Shown: positions 53,917 to 64,000 of the stretch, in pieces
Numbering within the stretch: position 1 is the first letter of the stretch
How the letters are laid out: each line of letters opens with the position of its first letter
NCBI RefSeq assembly: GCF_006345805.1
Contig: NC_043000.1
Coordinates: 86,986,001 to 87,050,000, forward strand
DNA length: 64,000 nt
Origin: Octopus sinensis
Lineage: Eukaryota
Direction: 5' to 3'
Made by a program: the position numbers and the translations under genes
Notes under the pieces: generated by a model
What the model was told of the DNA's origin: nothing
What the model saw: the letters and a program-made list of their open reading frames with translations, nothing else
The model's database searches: none

Positions 53917-55268
53917 AGAATGAAACATCTTTCATCTGTCTCCCCACCACACCTCCATCTAGGGGGGCAAAGAGAGATCAGAAAAAAAATTAGAACCTCA
54001 CACCACCACCACCACCGCCGCCGCCGCGTAATTCAAAGTTGTTCATTTTGATATGGCTCAAGAGGCATTATGGACTTTTAAATGGAGATTGAGAGAAAAA
54101 TTGTTTCAATTAGAAAAGCAACATTTCTAGAAAATAGTAAATTGAAGTGTGAACACAGCACCTTACAGAGTATAAGTATATGACATTTATTTTTAAAATT
54201 TAACTTCATTTGTTTTATATTCTAAATAATTTGCAATTTCAAAAAATATATTAATTTTGCGTTTTTTAATTTGATAAATTCTACGGAATAATTTTGCGCG
54301 TTTTTTGATAAATTCTACGGAAAGAATTTAGTGCGAAAAATTTATACATTTATACACAAAGACCTGTTGAGGCAAGCGAAGTTGATATCAAACCTCATCC
54401 CACGACAGGCACCCACGCCAACCCCCTTTGCTTGCGAAGACATGTTGGGGCAAGTGTGGCACCCGGCAAATGCCAGGACCCCTGGACTGGTGGTACGTAA
54501 AAAGCACTATCCGAATCGTGGCCGATGCCAGAGCCGCCTCGACTGGCACCAATCCGACCGTGGCCGTTGCCAGCCTCTCCTGGCACCTGTGCGGGTGGCA
54601 TGTAAAAAGCACCCACTACACTCTCGGAGTGGTTGGCGTTAGGAAGGGCATCCAGCTGTAGAAACATTGCCAGATAAGACTGGAGTCTGGTGCAGCCTTC
54701 TGGCTTCCCAGATCCCCGGTCGAACCGTCCAACCCATGCTGGCATGGAGAACGGACGTTAAACGATGATGATGATGAGAAGAAATTAATTCATTAAGTTT
54801 ACCAAATTATATACGTCTGTAAAAAAAAAAAAAAGTTTCACAAATTATATACGTTCGCGTTTGTGTAAAAAAATTATTAACCAAGTTTTATAAATTATTT
54901 ACTTTGTTCAAAAAATATTATTAATATTAATTAATTTTCAAGAATTATTTAATTTATATAATTAATTCATTAATTTTATTCTGTAAAATAGTAATTAATT
55001 CATTTATCTGTAAATCCGCGAGGAAAGCGACTATGTAATTTTTTTGTGTAAAATTGAAAATGTTATATATACACACACACACACACACACATATATATTT
55101 TTAGTGAAATCCAACACCTTTTTTTTTAGGGGGTGGTAACGCGCATGCGCGAATTCTGCACTGCGCATGCGCAAGTCACCTCGTAGGATCTCGAGTATCG
55201 AGTACCTACGTCTGGCGCGCGCGAATTCGCGTGTGAGAAACCGGGACCACGACAATAGACAAGTACCC
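52394..55268. mobile_element. 2,875-bp non-autonomous foldback DNA element; arms about 1.3 kb, 284-bp spacer, 6-bp TSD ATAACT
   Basis: ATAACT|GGGTACTTGTC...GACAAGTACCC|ATAACT; arms 52394-53676 and 53961-55268 are near-perfect reverse complements. Confidence 0.92.
52870..53290 (-). mobile_element. RTE-tail retroposon in the left arm, mirrored at about 54352-54778
   Basis: (cat)n cgtttaacgtccg...; mirrored ORFs 52901-53251 and 54395-54745 differ by one residue. Confidence 0.9.
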
Positions 55269-55807
55269 ATAACTGAATGATTTTAAAAAGTAAATCAATT
55301 GATGAATAATAAAAAATCAAAAAAGAACCAGCGCGTGTTTTTATTATAGGTAAAATGACCGCTCTCCCTGAAAATACAAAATTTGTTTCAATACACGAGT
55401 TCACATTCAGAATCTTGCAAATCAAATAATAACGATAAAAAAAAACGTTCAGGGGAAATAACGTCTGTTTTATGACAACAGTAAATAAATCAATACAGTG
55501 TTGCCTCCCCTGGTTTCATACCGGTCGGTAATCTGAAATGTAACTTGAAATCTTTACACCGGTATGTAGATATCTGAAAGGAAAAAAATCATTGATACAT
55601 CTCCGTTACCTTCAAATACTTGAGATCTTGATATACTTAATAACCATAATAATTTAATGAAAATAAAAGTAAAAACACAAAATATCAAATGGCATTTCTT
55701 TTTATATAAAATATTTCCACTGTTACTAACTTATATAATCGTAAAAAGAAGAAAACAAAAGAACAGTGACTATCAAAGAGTTCATGACATAGACAAATAA
55801 AGTTTTC

Positions 55808-55975
55808 TCAGAGGTCATACTGACTCTTAGAACGTTTTTGGTAGAGCAAACGAGCTTCTTTCTCGATAGTACGGTGTTTAGCCTTGGAATATACATCATA
55901 CATGACGTAAAAAAAGCCAGCAGATACAACAACTATTGACGTATAACCAAAAATCTTTAACTTCGGCGGAGCCAT
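55808..55975 (-). CDS. Unassigned 55-aa single-pass membrane microprotein (MAPPKLKIFGYTSIVVVSAGFFYVMYDVYSKAKHRTIEKEARLLYQKRSKSQYDL)
   Basis: Hand-translated ATG-to-TGA ORF in non-repetitive DNA; hydrophobic segment at residues 8-26 and a basic/charged tail; candidate acceptor ttttaaattttag 16 nt upstream; ATTAAA at 55653-55658. Confidence 0.6.
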   Translation of the reverse strand: MAPPKLKIFGYTSIVVVSAGFFYVMYDVYSKAKHRTIEKEARLLYQKRSKSQYDL

Positions 55976-56086
55976 TGGTGAGACTTGAATACTAAAATTT
56001 AAAAACGTGAGGCATTCAAGACTAAAATATCAATAAGTTCTGGAATAACCTTGAGGTGGGGTTAAGTTTAATCCGTGTAGCTGCTT

Positions 56087-56260
56087 CTACTCCGATTCTG
56101 ATTTTGATTCCTCAGTATTAGTGCACGCCTGCTTCTTCAATACTTCTTCATTGTATTTTTCAAAATTTGGTTTCCAAATATATATTCCACCAAGCACGCC
56201 GATTACGGTTGCAACAATTATTTGGTCCCAGCTCAGTCGACGACGAGGAAGAATTCGCAT
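56087..56260 (-). CDS. PIGBOS1: PIGBOS1-like microprotein, 57 aa (MRILPRRRLSWDQIIVATVIGVLGGIYIWKPNFEKYNEEVLKKQACTNTEESKSESE)
   Basis: RRLSWDQIIVATVIGVLGGIYIWKPNFEKY aligns ungapped with human [30 protein letters not shown] (16/30 identical; human sequence recalled from memory). Preceded by a GTAAGT...TTTCAG intron. Confidence 0.88.
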   Translation of the reverse strand: MRILPRRRLSWDQIIVATVIGVLGGIYIWKPNFEKYNEEVLKKQACTNTEESKSESE

Positions 56261-56271
56261 AGTTGACGAAT

Positions 56272-56372
56272 CTGAAAGCGAACTGTAGTTATCTCCCTTG
56301 ATATAACATCTTTTGCATTTAAAATATTTACCAGTTACTTCACTGTTACGAAGCGTCTCTATAGAAACTTAC
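56272..56372 (-). other. 101-bp 5'-UTR intron of the PIGBOS1-like gene
   Basis: Minus strand ttcg|GTAAGTtt...cgctttCAG|attcgtcaactATG. Confidence 0.75.
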
Positions 56373-56470
56373 CGAATAACTGCTGTTTGTTTAGAACAAG
56401 CGGTCAAAACAGCGATATAGATGATGAGAGGGGAACCCGCGATCTTTTTGGTTTTTAAGATCGGCTTTCT
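56373..56470 (-). promoter_or_regulatory. Putative non-coding exon 1 / promoter-proximal region
   Basis: CpG-retaining unique sequence directly upstream of the splice donor; the transcription start is not determinable. Confidence 0.45.
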
Positions 56471-56784
56471 GGAAGAAGTTTGGATTTATAAATAAAAAAT
56501 TATTTTTGTTGATTACACCCCCTCCATACGCACACACACATACATTAGTATACCCGTGTCAAAAAAATGATGCTATTTTAAAACAAATTAACTGAAACTA
56601 GTATTTAAAAATGCATCGACATCAAAGTACATTCTTTATATCTTATATAGTTTTGTTACAATCCGTCATATATTGCTAGGTTAAGTAATGATCTTGTTCA
56701 TTTACCTTATTATTATGAATGTATTATATTCACTCCATAGTCACTGTAGCATGCAATCCATACACATAAATATCATGTCATGTC

Positions 56785-56822
<38 letters not shown>

Positions 56823-56867
56823 GCACACCACACCTTTTTTAGAACAGTGGATCTCGAAATACTTAAA

Positions 56868-57255
56868 ACTATAATAAAATGTAAATATTAGTTTCAAATT
56901 TTGGCATAAGGCCAGCAATTTCGGAAGAGGGGTCAGAAAGGATGGAAAGCGAAGTTGACCACGGTCGAATTTGAAGGCAGAATGTAAAGACGGGCGAAAT
57001 GCTCGCCGTGCCAACGGTTCTGTGTTCCCATGGCTTTGATAGTACGTAAGTATTGGTTTCAAATTTTGGCCCAAAGCCAGCAATTTTGGGGGAGGGGTAG
57101 ATCGACTTCAGTGCTCAACTGGTACTGATTTTATTAACCCCGGAAGGATGAAAGGCGAAGTCGACCACCTCGGTGGAATTTGAACGCAGAACGTAAAGAC
57201 GGACGAAATGCTGCTAAGCATTTTACCAGGTGTGCTAACGGTTCTGCCAACTCAA
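56868..57255 (-). mobile_element. Family C SINE copies
   Basis: aaggatgaaaggcgaagtcgacc...ggaatttgaacgcagaacgtaa is the reverse complement of the 58.3-kb SINE. Confidence 0.8.
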
Positions 57256-57399
57256 TACTTTGATAGCACGTAAATATTGAGATGAAAAACCCTTTTGGAA
57301 ATGTGAGTTCGTGTCCTTCGACTTTTTCTAATCCGATATTTATATATTATTATATATTATTATTTATAGCTTTATGTAGTTCAAGATCTACTGTTCCAA

Positions 57400-57670
57400 A
57401 GATATCTTTTATTTGTTTCAGTTATTTGACTGTGGTCATGCTGAGGTACCACTTTGAAGAGTTTTAGTAGAATAAATCGACCCCCAGGACTTTTTTTTTT
57501 AAGCCTAGTACTTATTCTATCAGTCTCTTCTGCCGAAAACAATAAGTAAACACACCAACACCGGTCGTCAACCGGTGGTGAGAGACAATCACAGACACAA
57601 ACACATACGCGCGCGCGCGCTTCTTTCAATTTCCGTCTATCAAATCCACTCACAAGGCTTTGGTCGGCTC
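57400..57670 (-). mobile_element. Family B SINE, 3' part
   Basis: cttctttcaatttccgtctatcaaatccactcacaaggctttggtcggc. Confidence 0.75.
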
Positions 57671-57912
57671 GCGTGTGTGAGTGAGCATATGTATATATGC
57701 ACATGTATGTGGGTGCACGTGCACGCATGTGTATGTATGTACATGCGCGCATACGCGAATCCTATGAGCTGTTTTTACTTTCTCCCCTTTCCGGTTTTTT
57801 CCCTTTATTTAACGGTCATTCTAATAGCCCTTTTGTTTGTCTTAATAACGGTAAACTTCATAGTAATTTCCCTTTGTTTAACGGTCATTTTCATAGCATT
57901 TTTGTTTTGTCT

Positions 57913-57975
57913 TAATAACTGACGAGATGCCGGAGCAGATTTCCGCCCCGACATCCGAAACTCGGAGTTTTATTA
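57913..57975 (+). ncRNA. Type I hammerhead ribozyme motif at a Penelope-like end
   Basis: TAATAA CTGACGA GATGCCGG agcagatttccgcc CCGACATC C GAAA CT CGG AG TT TTATTA. Confidence 0.75.
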
Positions 57976-58098
57976 TAGCAATCTAATAATTGTCACATAT
58001 TTTACAGATAAATTCCTCTATTTATATAATGTCGAGGTCTCATTCATTCTTCTGTTGTCGTACTATTACTATTAATAAAGTAGATATAATATATAAAG

Positions 58099-58152
<54 letters not shown>

Positions 58153-58306
58153 CGCAATGTACAAATTTTATTTTCATTTACTTTTCTACTACGTGCAATG
58201 GAACAAAAAACTAAAACAAAAGGGAAGCAAACACGGAAGAATTGATTAATTAAATTAAACAAATACAATATAGTTTCAAAAATAAGTGAAGACATGGGGT
58301 AAGAAT

Positions 58307-58722
58307 AGAAGGCGGCGAGCTGGCAGAATCGTTAGCACGCCGGGCGAAATGCTTAGCGGTATTTCGTCTGCCGTTACGTTCTGAGTTCAAATTCCGCCGA
58401 GGTTGACTTTGCCTTTTATCCTTTCGGGGTCGATTAAATAAGTACCAGTTATGCACTGGGGTCGATGTAATGGACTTAACCCGTTTGTCCCCTCTGTGTT
58501 TAGCCCCCCCCCTGTGGGTAGTAAAGAAATAGGTATTTCGTCTGCCGTTACGTTCTGAGTTCAAATTCCGCCGAGGTCGACTTTGCCTTTCATCCTTTCG
58601 GGGTCGATTAAATAAGTACCAGTCACACACTGGGGTCGATGTAATGGACTTAGTCGCTTTGTCTGTCCTTGTTTGTCCCCTCTATGCTTGGCTCCTTGTG
58701 GGCAATAAAGAAATAAGAAAAA
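58307..58722 (+). mobile_element. Family C tRNA-SINE with internal duplication
   Basis: aaggcggcgagctggcagaatcgttagc...gagttcaaattccgccgagg occurs twice. Confidence 0.88.
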
Positions 58723-61079
58723 AGAAATAAAAGGTGTTGTACTTGTTTGGGAAGCAAGTTTATCCGAGAACAGAAATACGTACATCGTTGAAGTTTCTTT
58801 GTTGCCATTCCACCCCGTCCCCATAACACACACGCGCGCACACAAACACACGTACACACACACATACACACACATACATACATGCACGCACACACACACA
58901 TAGTTGTATTCACTTTTTGTATATACTGGTTTCAAATTTTCGCACAAGACCAGGAGGTCTTAAGTCGATTACATCGACCCCAGCGCTCAACTGGTACTTA
59001 GTAGAAGGTAAGTTCTTGGGGAAACTCTGGACGTCGACGGGAATCAACTAGCTGGTTTATTCCGGTGGACTTTCGGCCAGGGCCAATGGATACTTTTCAG
59101 ATATCTTTGACCTGGCAGTGTCACCGATATGGTTTTTCAAAAGCCTTAAATAATATTTTTTAAAAAATCGCGGTGTACCTAGAATTGCAGCCAGAATTAT
59201 CTTTAGATGTTCCAATGCCAGTACGCTGTCCCGATGAAGTAGGCCTCTCCTTCTACTCATGTTAAACTGTGTCCCCCTCTTGGGCTTCGATGCTACAACA
59301 CCCATTGCAGCTTTAAGCCATCACTGCTTTCCACTCACCAACATGTGAAACACTGCTTGGGAACAATTGCCCTATTGTCTTTAAAGAAGAAAAGTAGTTT
59401 GAAAAATGTAGTTCTAAATGAATAACATCATTTTATAATGGTTCACTTTTCATTCTTTCCCCGTGTATTTTATATTGTACTCATACAAATATACAATTAT
59501 TCTCGCGCATTCGCCATTACTATCAATGTCAGTGTTTATTGTGCATAAGAATTAAACAATTTGTGACACAGAGGTCTATAGATGGTGCGGTAACCCCAAC
59601 TCCACTCAAAGAAACTACGTACATTATATACAAGAAGACACCCTTACCACCTGCCTAGGTTCACTCGCAGCACACCAATGGTCGTTGAAATATGAAGTTT
59701 TCCTATCGCACCCTATATAACATTCAACAGCTGCTCAACAGGTCCACAGATACATTCAATTTAAAAATATAAATTTAAAAGATTGGTTGGATGCACACTA
59801 AAACACCTCAATGACTTTCTTGTAGACTGCATCAACTAATTGCTGACCCATGTTCTAGCTATCGTATGGTCGGAGAAAAATAGACGTGATGGACACGGGT
59901 ACAACGTCGTTTTAACTTCAAATTTACGCGTTTAGGACGGACCGGGGCCTAAACGACAACAAAACCAAATAACAACAAGAGTAGAAACAAAAACAACAAC
60001 AATAGTTTACTTTCTCATTCTACCCTTTATTTCAAGGATTTAAATAGCAGCAATTAACCATTTTTGCCCAAAACAATGCATTGCTGACGATCTTATCTAT
60101 TCTTCTAGTTATGTGTAACTGAACCACAGAAAGAATGGTTAAGTATCCAGTTCCTAATTTACCTGATAACATCGTATTCTTGTTTGACAACGGCAGTTTT
60201 CTTGTCAATTAACCACTTAATTAATTAAGCTAATTGCTTAAAGACTAGAACAAATTAATTAATTTATTTCTATGTGAAACAATACAAGCATGGCTCAGAA
60301 ATCGTCATATTACTTATTTTAATACTGTAGAGAGTTTCACACCTGGTTAGTATTGTTTGTTTTCTAGTTATCGTGACTCTGTCTAGTCAGGTAGGCATGA
60401 ACTAAATTTACAGCATAACACAACTATTGATTCATTGGACAGAATTTGTAGAATTCAGAGAAGCGTCGCTGTGAAGACGTCTACTTTGGCACGTCTTGTA
60501 CACCACCATTATGCCAACCACCACTTCCAGCAGTAGCAACAGTAACAACAATCACAACAACAACAGCAACAGCATCAACAACAATAGTAGCAATGGCAGC
60601 AGCAATCATATCTTATTATCTTCAATAGCTTTCAACAAGCTATAACCATGATCTGCTAGAAGTAGCAATCAAATCTCCCACAAATCCTCCATGTTTTCAA
60701 TAGTTTTCAACTAATAATAACCCTATCTTGGATACCCCTCGTTGGGTCTGATATCGACTAATGTAAGACAATGACATATAGTAATGTATCTTAAAACATT
60801 GGTTGGCAACGGCTGGAATGCATTTAATCATAAGTCAGGATTGATGTGGGCCGAAATAATAAAAAAATTACAATAGCGACATTAAGAAACGAGCCATCCG
60901 CTTCATTGTCGTTTGGCCAGCTAAAGCATTAGCCAACTGTCCCTCATACCACACCGTACCGTCTTATAAAAGAAGAATAAATCTGCATAAAGTCGGGATG
61001 GTCATGACTGAAATGCTTTTGTCTTTTAGATTAGAATTGACCCAGAACTCCTCCTCCTCCTCCTCCTCCTCCTCATCAA

Positions 61080-61111
<32 letters not shown>

Positions 61112-61436
61112 ACAGTAGCAGTAGCAGCAGCTTTACTTAACAACCATTCACTATTTGTGACGCTCCCAACATTTACAAAGTTGAGCTATGTCTAGTGTGA
61201 TAGACTAATGAAATAATAATCAGTTACTGTATATAGTCCACTTTACTGAATTTAAGTTAATGTATATAACACACATTTTCATTTAGGTGCCTAAACTGTT
61301 TCGAAAAGTTCTTCTAATATCATATATAATATGCAGTGTTGTAGCACTGATAATTGATCATAAGCCGACATACTATTTTTAATATTTCATAATATAAAAA
61401 TATATTAATATAGAATAAAAGAGCGGGCGAACTTTT

Positions 61437-61600
61437 ACACGTGGCTGTGTGGTAAGCGGTTAATTTTCTAACCACATGGTCCCGGGTTCAATCTTTCTGC
61501 GTGATACCTAGGGCAAGTGTCTTCTTGTCCTAGCATCGGGACGGCCAAAGTCTTGCGATTGGATTTGGTGGAGGGAAACTGAAGAAAACGCATCATACAG
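61437..61600 (+). mobile_element. Family B SINE
   Basis: gtggctgtgtggtaag...ggttcaat...ctagggcaagtgtcttc...ggatttggtggagggaaactgaag. Confidence 0.75.
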
Positions 61601-61699
61601 TATATATATATCGTCAGTATATCATATATCCGAAAAAGACGCACACTCAAAAGCATAGAGTAGTAATATATCTATATGGAGTTAAATCTATGTCCGGTC

Positions 61700-62430
61700 A
61701 TAAGGTGACCAATGGTTTTGGATCTACAAAGGCCTTAGCCCTGTGAACTTATCGTAAAATTCTAAAACCAAATGCAAATGTAACTCTTCACCTCTGGGAG
61801 GTAGGTCTCCGTTACGGTCATTTGGTCAGTTAGTCACCAAAGAATAGCCCGGGATCAGCGAGGACGGGTTATTTCTCTTAGACCAGGATTTTCGTGGTCC
61901 AAAAGCGGGGGAACAAGGGATTTATCTCTTGGGCTGCTCTTGGATCGTGAGGACCCTCCCGGGTCTGATCGGAGAACGAGGAATCCCATGCTTGCAGCAG
62001 GTAGCGTTTGAAATGGATGCAAAGAATGTAAATTTCCTGGCGAGTGTTCAGTGATTCAGGTTTCAGGGAGTCTTTGAATATCCTTACTCACTCAGCTATA
62101 CAAAGCTTGCAGCTTTCGCTCCCGTTAGTGTAGTGTCCCGGCCGCTCTAAGATTCTCTACTTGATATTGTATGGGGGCCCCTTCATCTTTAAGGCATCAC
62201 ACGTCGCTGGCCAGGGATGTGACGAATCGTCTTTCCGGAATCCTGAAGGAAGACCTGTGGTTGTACAAGTGTCTATACAAAATCTTCCTGTATTTGTGGT
62301 TTGCTGGGAAATGTTTATTTAAAAATTCTGTATTTTGCGGCTTGGTAGACGATTCATCGTGAAAAATGCACTCAAATTTGGGAAATACAATTCTTGGAAA
62401 AACGCTTTTATAGCTAAGAAAACTCCATCA
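61700..62430 (-). mobile_element. Decayed Penelope GIY-YIG endonuclease region plus 3' UTR
   Basis: Minus frames give IVYQA, YNHRSSFRIPERRFVTSLA, YTNGSESCKLCIAE and LNTRQEIYILCIHFKRYLL. Confidence 0.82.
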
Positions 62431-63180
62431 AAATAATTAGGTACTCTCAAGCGGGCATGCGCTAAGTATCTGTTATATAAAACTGGTGCTCCTACCGTCG
62501 TTGAATGAAATCACCGGACAATGGCCTCCTACATGGTAGGGTGCTACCGAGTATTATTGTAGTACACAAAAATATAATCTTTGCTTTATGTCCTCTGCGA
62601 TTGTTAATGCGACGCATCATGGTGATCGTTTACACACTCGCCAACGTTGACCAGCTAATAACAGCTGATTACTACTACTACCAGCCTGTTGATCCCATGC
62701 GGCTTCCATACCATAAAATACAATATTTGCGTGTGTGTGTTTGTTTGTGTGTGCGTGCGTGTGTGTTTATACACACACACACACACACACACACATACAT
62801 ACTTTCATATTTATATATATGCATGTATGTACGTACGTACGTATATTTATCTCTGTCTGTCTATCTGCGTGCGCGCGCGTGTGTAAAAACAAAAAATCCA
62901 CAGGAAATGTGATACGCAGAATAGTTTCCGTTACAGCTATTTCAGAATTTACTCAGGTTACATCATTAACTCTAATGCCTAGGAACATATACAATATATA
63001 TGCGCAGACGCAACGTTATACAATAAGACGAATTCGAAGTGTTCAGGAATATGGTCTAATGCATGACTATTCAATTGTATTGTATAATGTGCGCGTGCAT
63101 AGATAGATAGATGGATACATAGATACATACATACATACACACGCATGTGTGTATGTGCGTGTGTTTGTGTGTGTGTGTGT

Positions 63181-63510
63181 GTGAAGGCGCATGACTCAGT
63201 GGTTAGAATGTCGGGCTCTCAATCACGTGGTAGTGAGTTCGATTCCCGGACCGGGCTGTGTGTTGTGTTCTTGAGCAAGGCACTTTATTACACATTGCTC
63301 CAATTCACTCAGTTGTAAGAACGAGTTGCGACGTCACTGGTGCCAAGCTGTATCGGTCTTTGCCTTTCCTTTGGCTAACATCAGTGGCGTGGTATGCATG
63401 AGTGACTGCTGGCCTTGCACAAAAACAAACTTTCCCGGTTGTGTCTCAGAGGATAACTTTGTAGGGGCAATCCCATGGTCATTCATGACCGAAAGGGGTC
63501 TTTAAACCTT
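63181..63510 (+). mobile_element. Family A tRNA-SINE
   Basis: A-box-like tgactcagtgg, B-box gttcgattcc, then gtgttgtgttcttgagcaaggcactt. Confidence 0.88.
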
Positions 63511-63523
63511 TATATACCCCCCC

Positions 63524-63554
<31 letters not shown>

Positions 63555-63561
63555 ATATATA

Positions 63562-64000
63562 TACGAGCAAAACGCCCTCCGTCCAATGGACGGTGTTGAG
63601 TTGTCAAACATTAAACCAAATTTTCTCAAAACAACTTGTCCGGCCGTCCCATAGGCCTCCTCTTTGAGAAACACTGATTTAACCTAAATTTGGGACACCA
63701 GCAAAAGAAGAAATAAAGATAGACTTTTTTTTAGTCCCAAGAAAAGCGATTTTATTCACACAAATATGCAACCGAAGAGTTTAAAGTACCTGTAATGATA
63801 AGGCTGTTGACTAGGGGAACACAAATATGGTTTAAACAGTAAGCTTGGCAGGAAAGAAACGTGCACGTTCCCACGGCTTTATCGTTCGTATTCTCACCTG
63901 GAATCGATTTTTGTCTTTTTTTCAAGACTTATACACGCCCTGATACCGTCGGTATCTACATATCAAATTTGAGCGCAATCGGATGGAGGATGCCCAAGAT
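63562..64000 (-). mobile_element. Helentron/HINE-like element running off the window end
   Basis: Terminal hairpin ccgtccaatggacgg next to (TA)n; caaatttgagcgcaatcgg core-like motif at the window end. Confidence 0.4.

Noticed and set aside
55726-55932. 68-aa minus-strand ORF in the track (MLYLLAFF...)
   Set aside because: It is an alternate frame overlapping the 55-aa ORF, which has the better start context and an adjacent splice acceptor. Conservation analysis should decide between the two frames.
61690-61760. Hammerhead at the end of the 62-kb Penelope remnant
   Set aside because: Only AAAAC-CATT-GGTC and a partial stem I are visible; the CTGANGA core is absent.
63181-63260. tRNA gene
   Set aside because: The A/B boxes belong to a SINE head that continues into the SINE body; there is no full cloverleaf.

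Overview
Repeat-dense, AT-rich animal genomic DNA. The (TA)/(CA) microsatellite load, the tRNA-SINE families and the RTE, CR1-like and Penelope remnants look like an Octopus (cephalopod) genome; this is inferred from family recognition, not from a search. Nearly all ORFs in the supplied track are microsatellite, satellite or transposon artefacts. Left part: a 15.1-kb array of about 39.6 near-identical 382-bp monomers with Helentron/DINE-1-like motifs, a 109-bp minisatellite (about 32 copies) inside an RTE-tail element, a 100-N gap, decayed CR1-like and RTE LINEs, and a 2.18-kb tandem duplication carrying a small Helitron. Several Penelope-like ends carry type I hammerhead ribozyme motifs, two with an intact catalytic core. 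One 385-bp palindrome pivots at the position of a hammerhead stem II. A 2,875-bp foldback element with a 6-bp TSD carries the same retroposon insertion mirrored in both arms. The best host-gene signal is below the ORF-track length cut-off: a minus-strand locus at 55.6-56.5 kb with a non-coding first exon and two small single-pass membrane ORFs. One is a 57-aa PIGBOS1 homologue; the other is an unassigned 55-aa protein. Each has its own candidate splice acceptor and ATTAAA signal.
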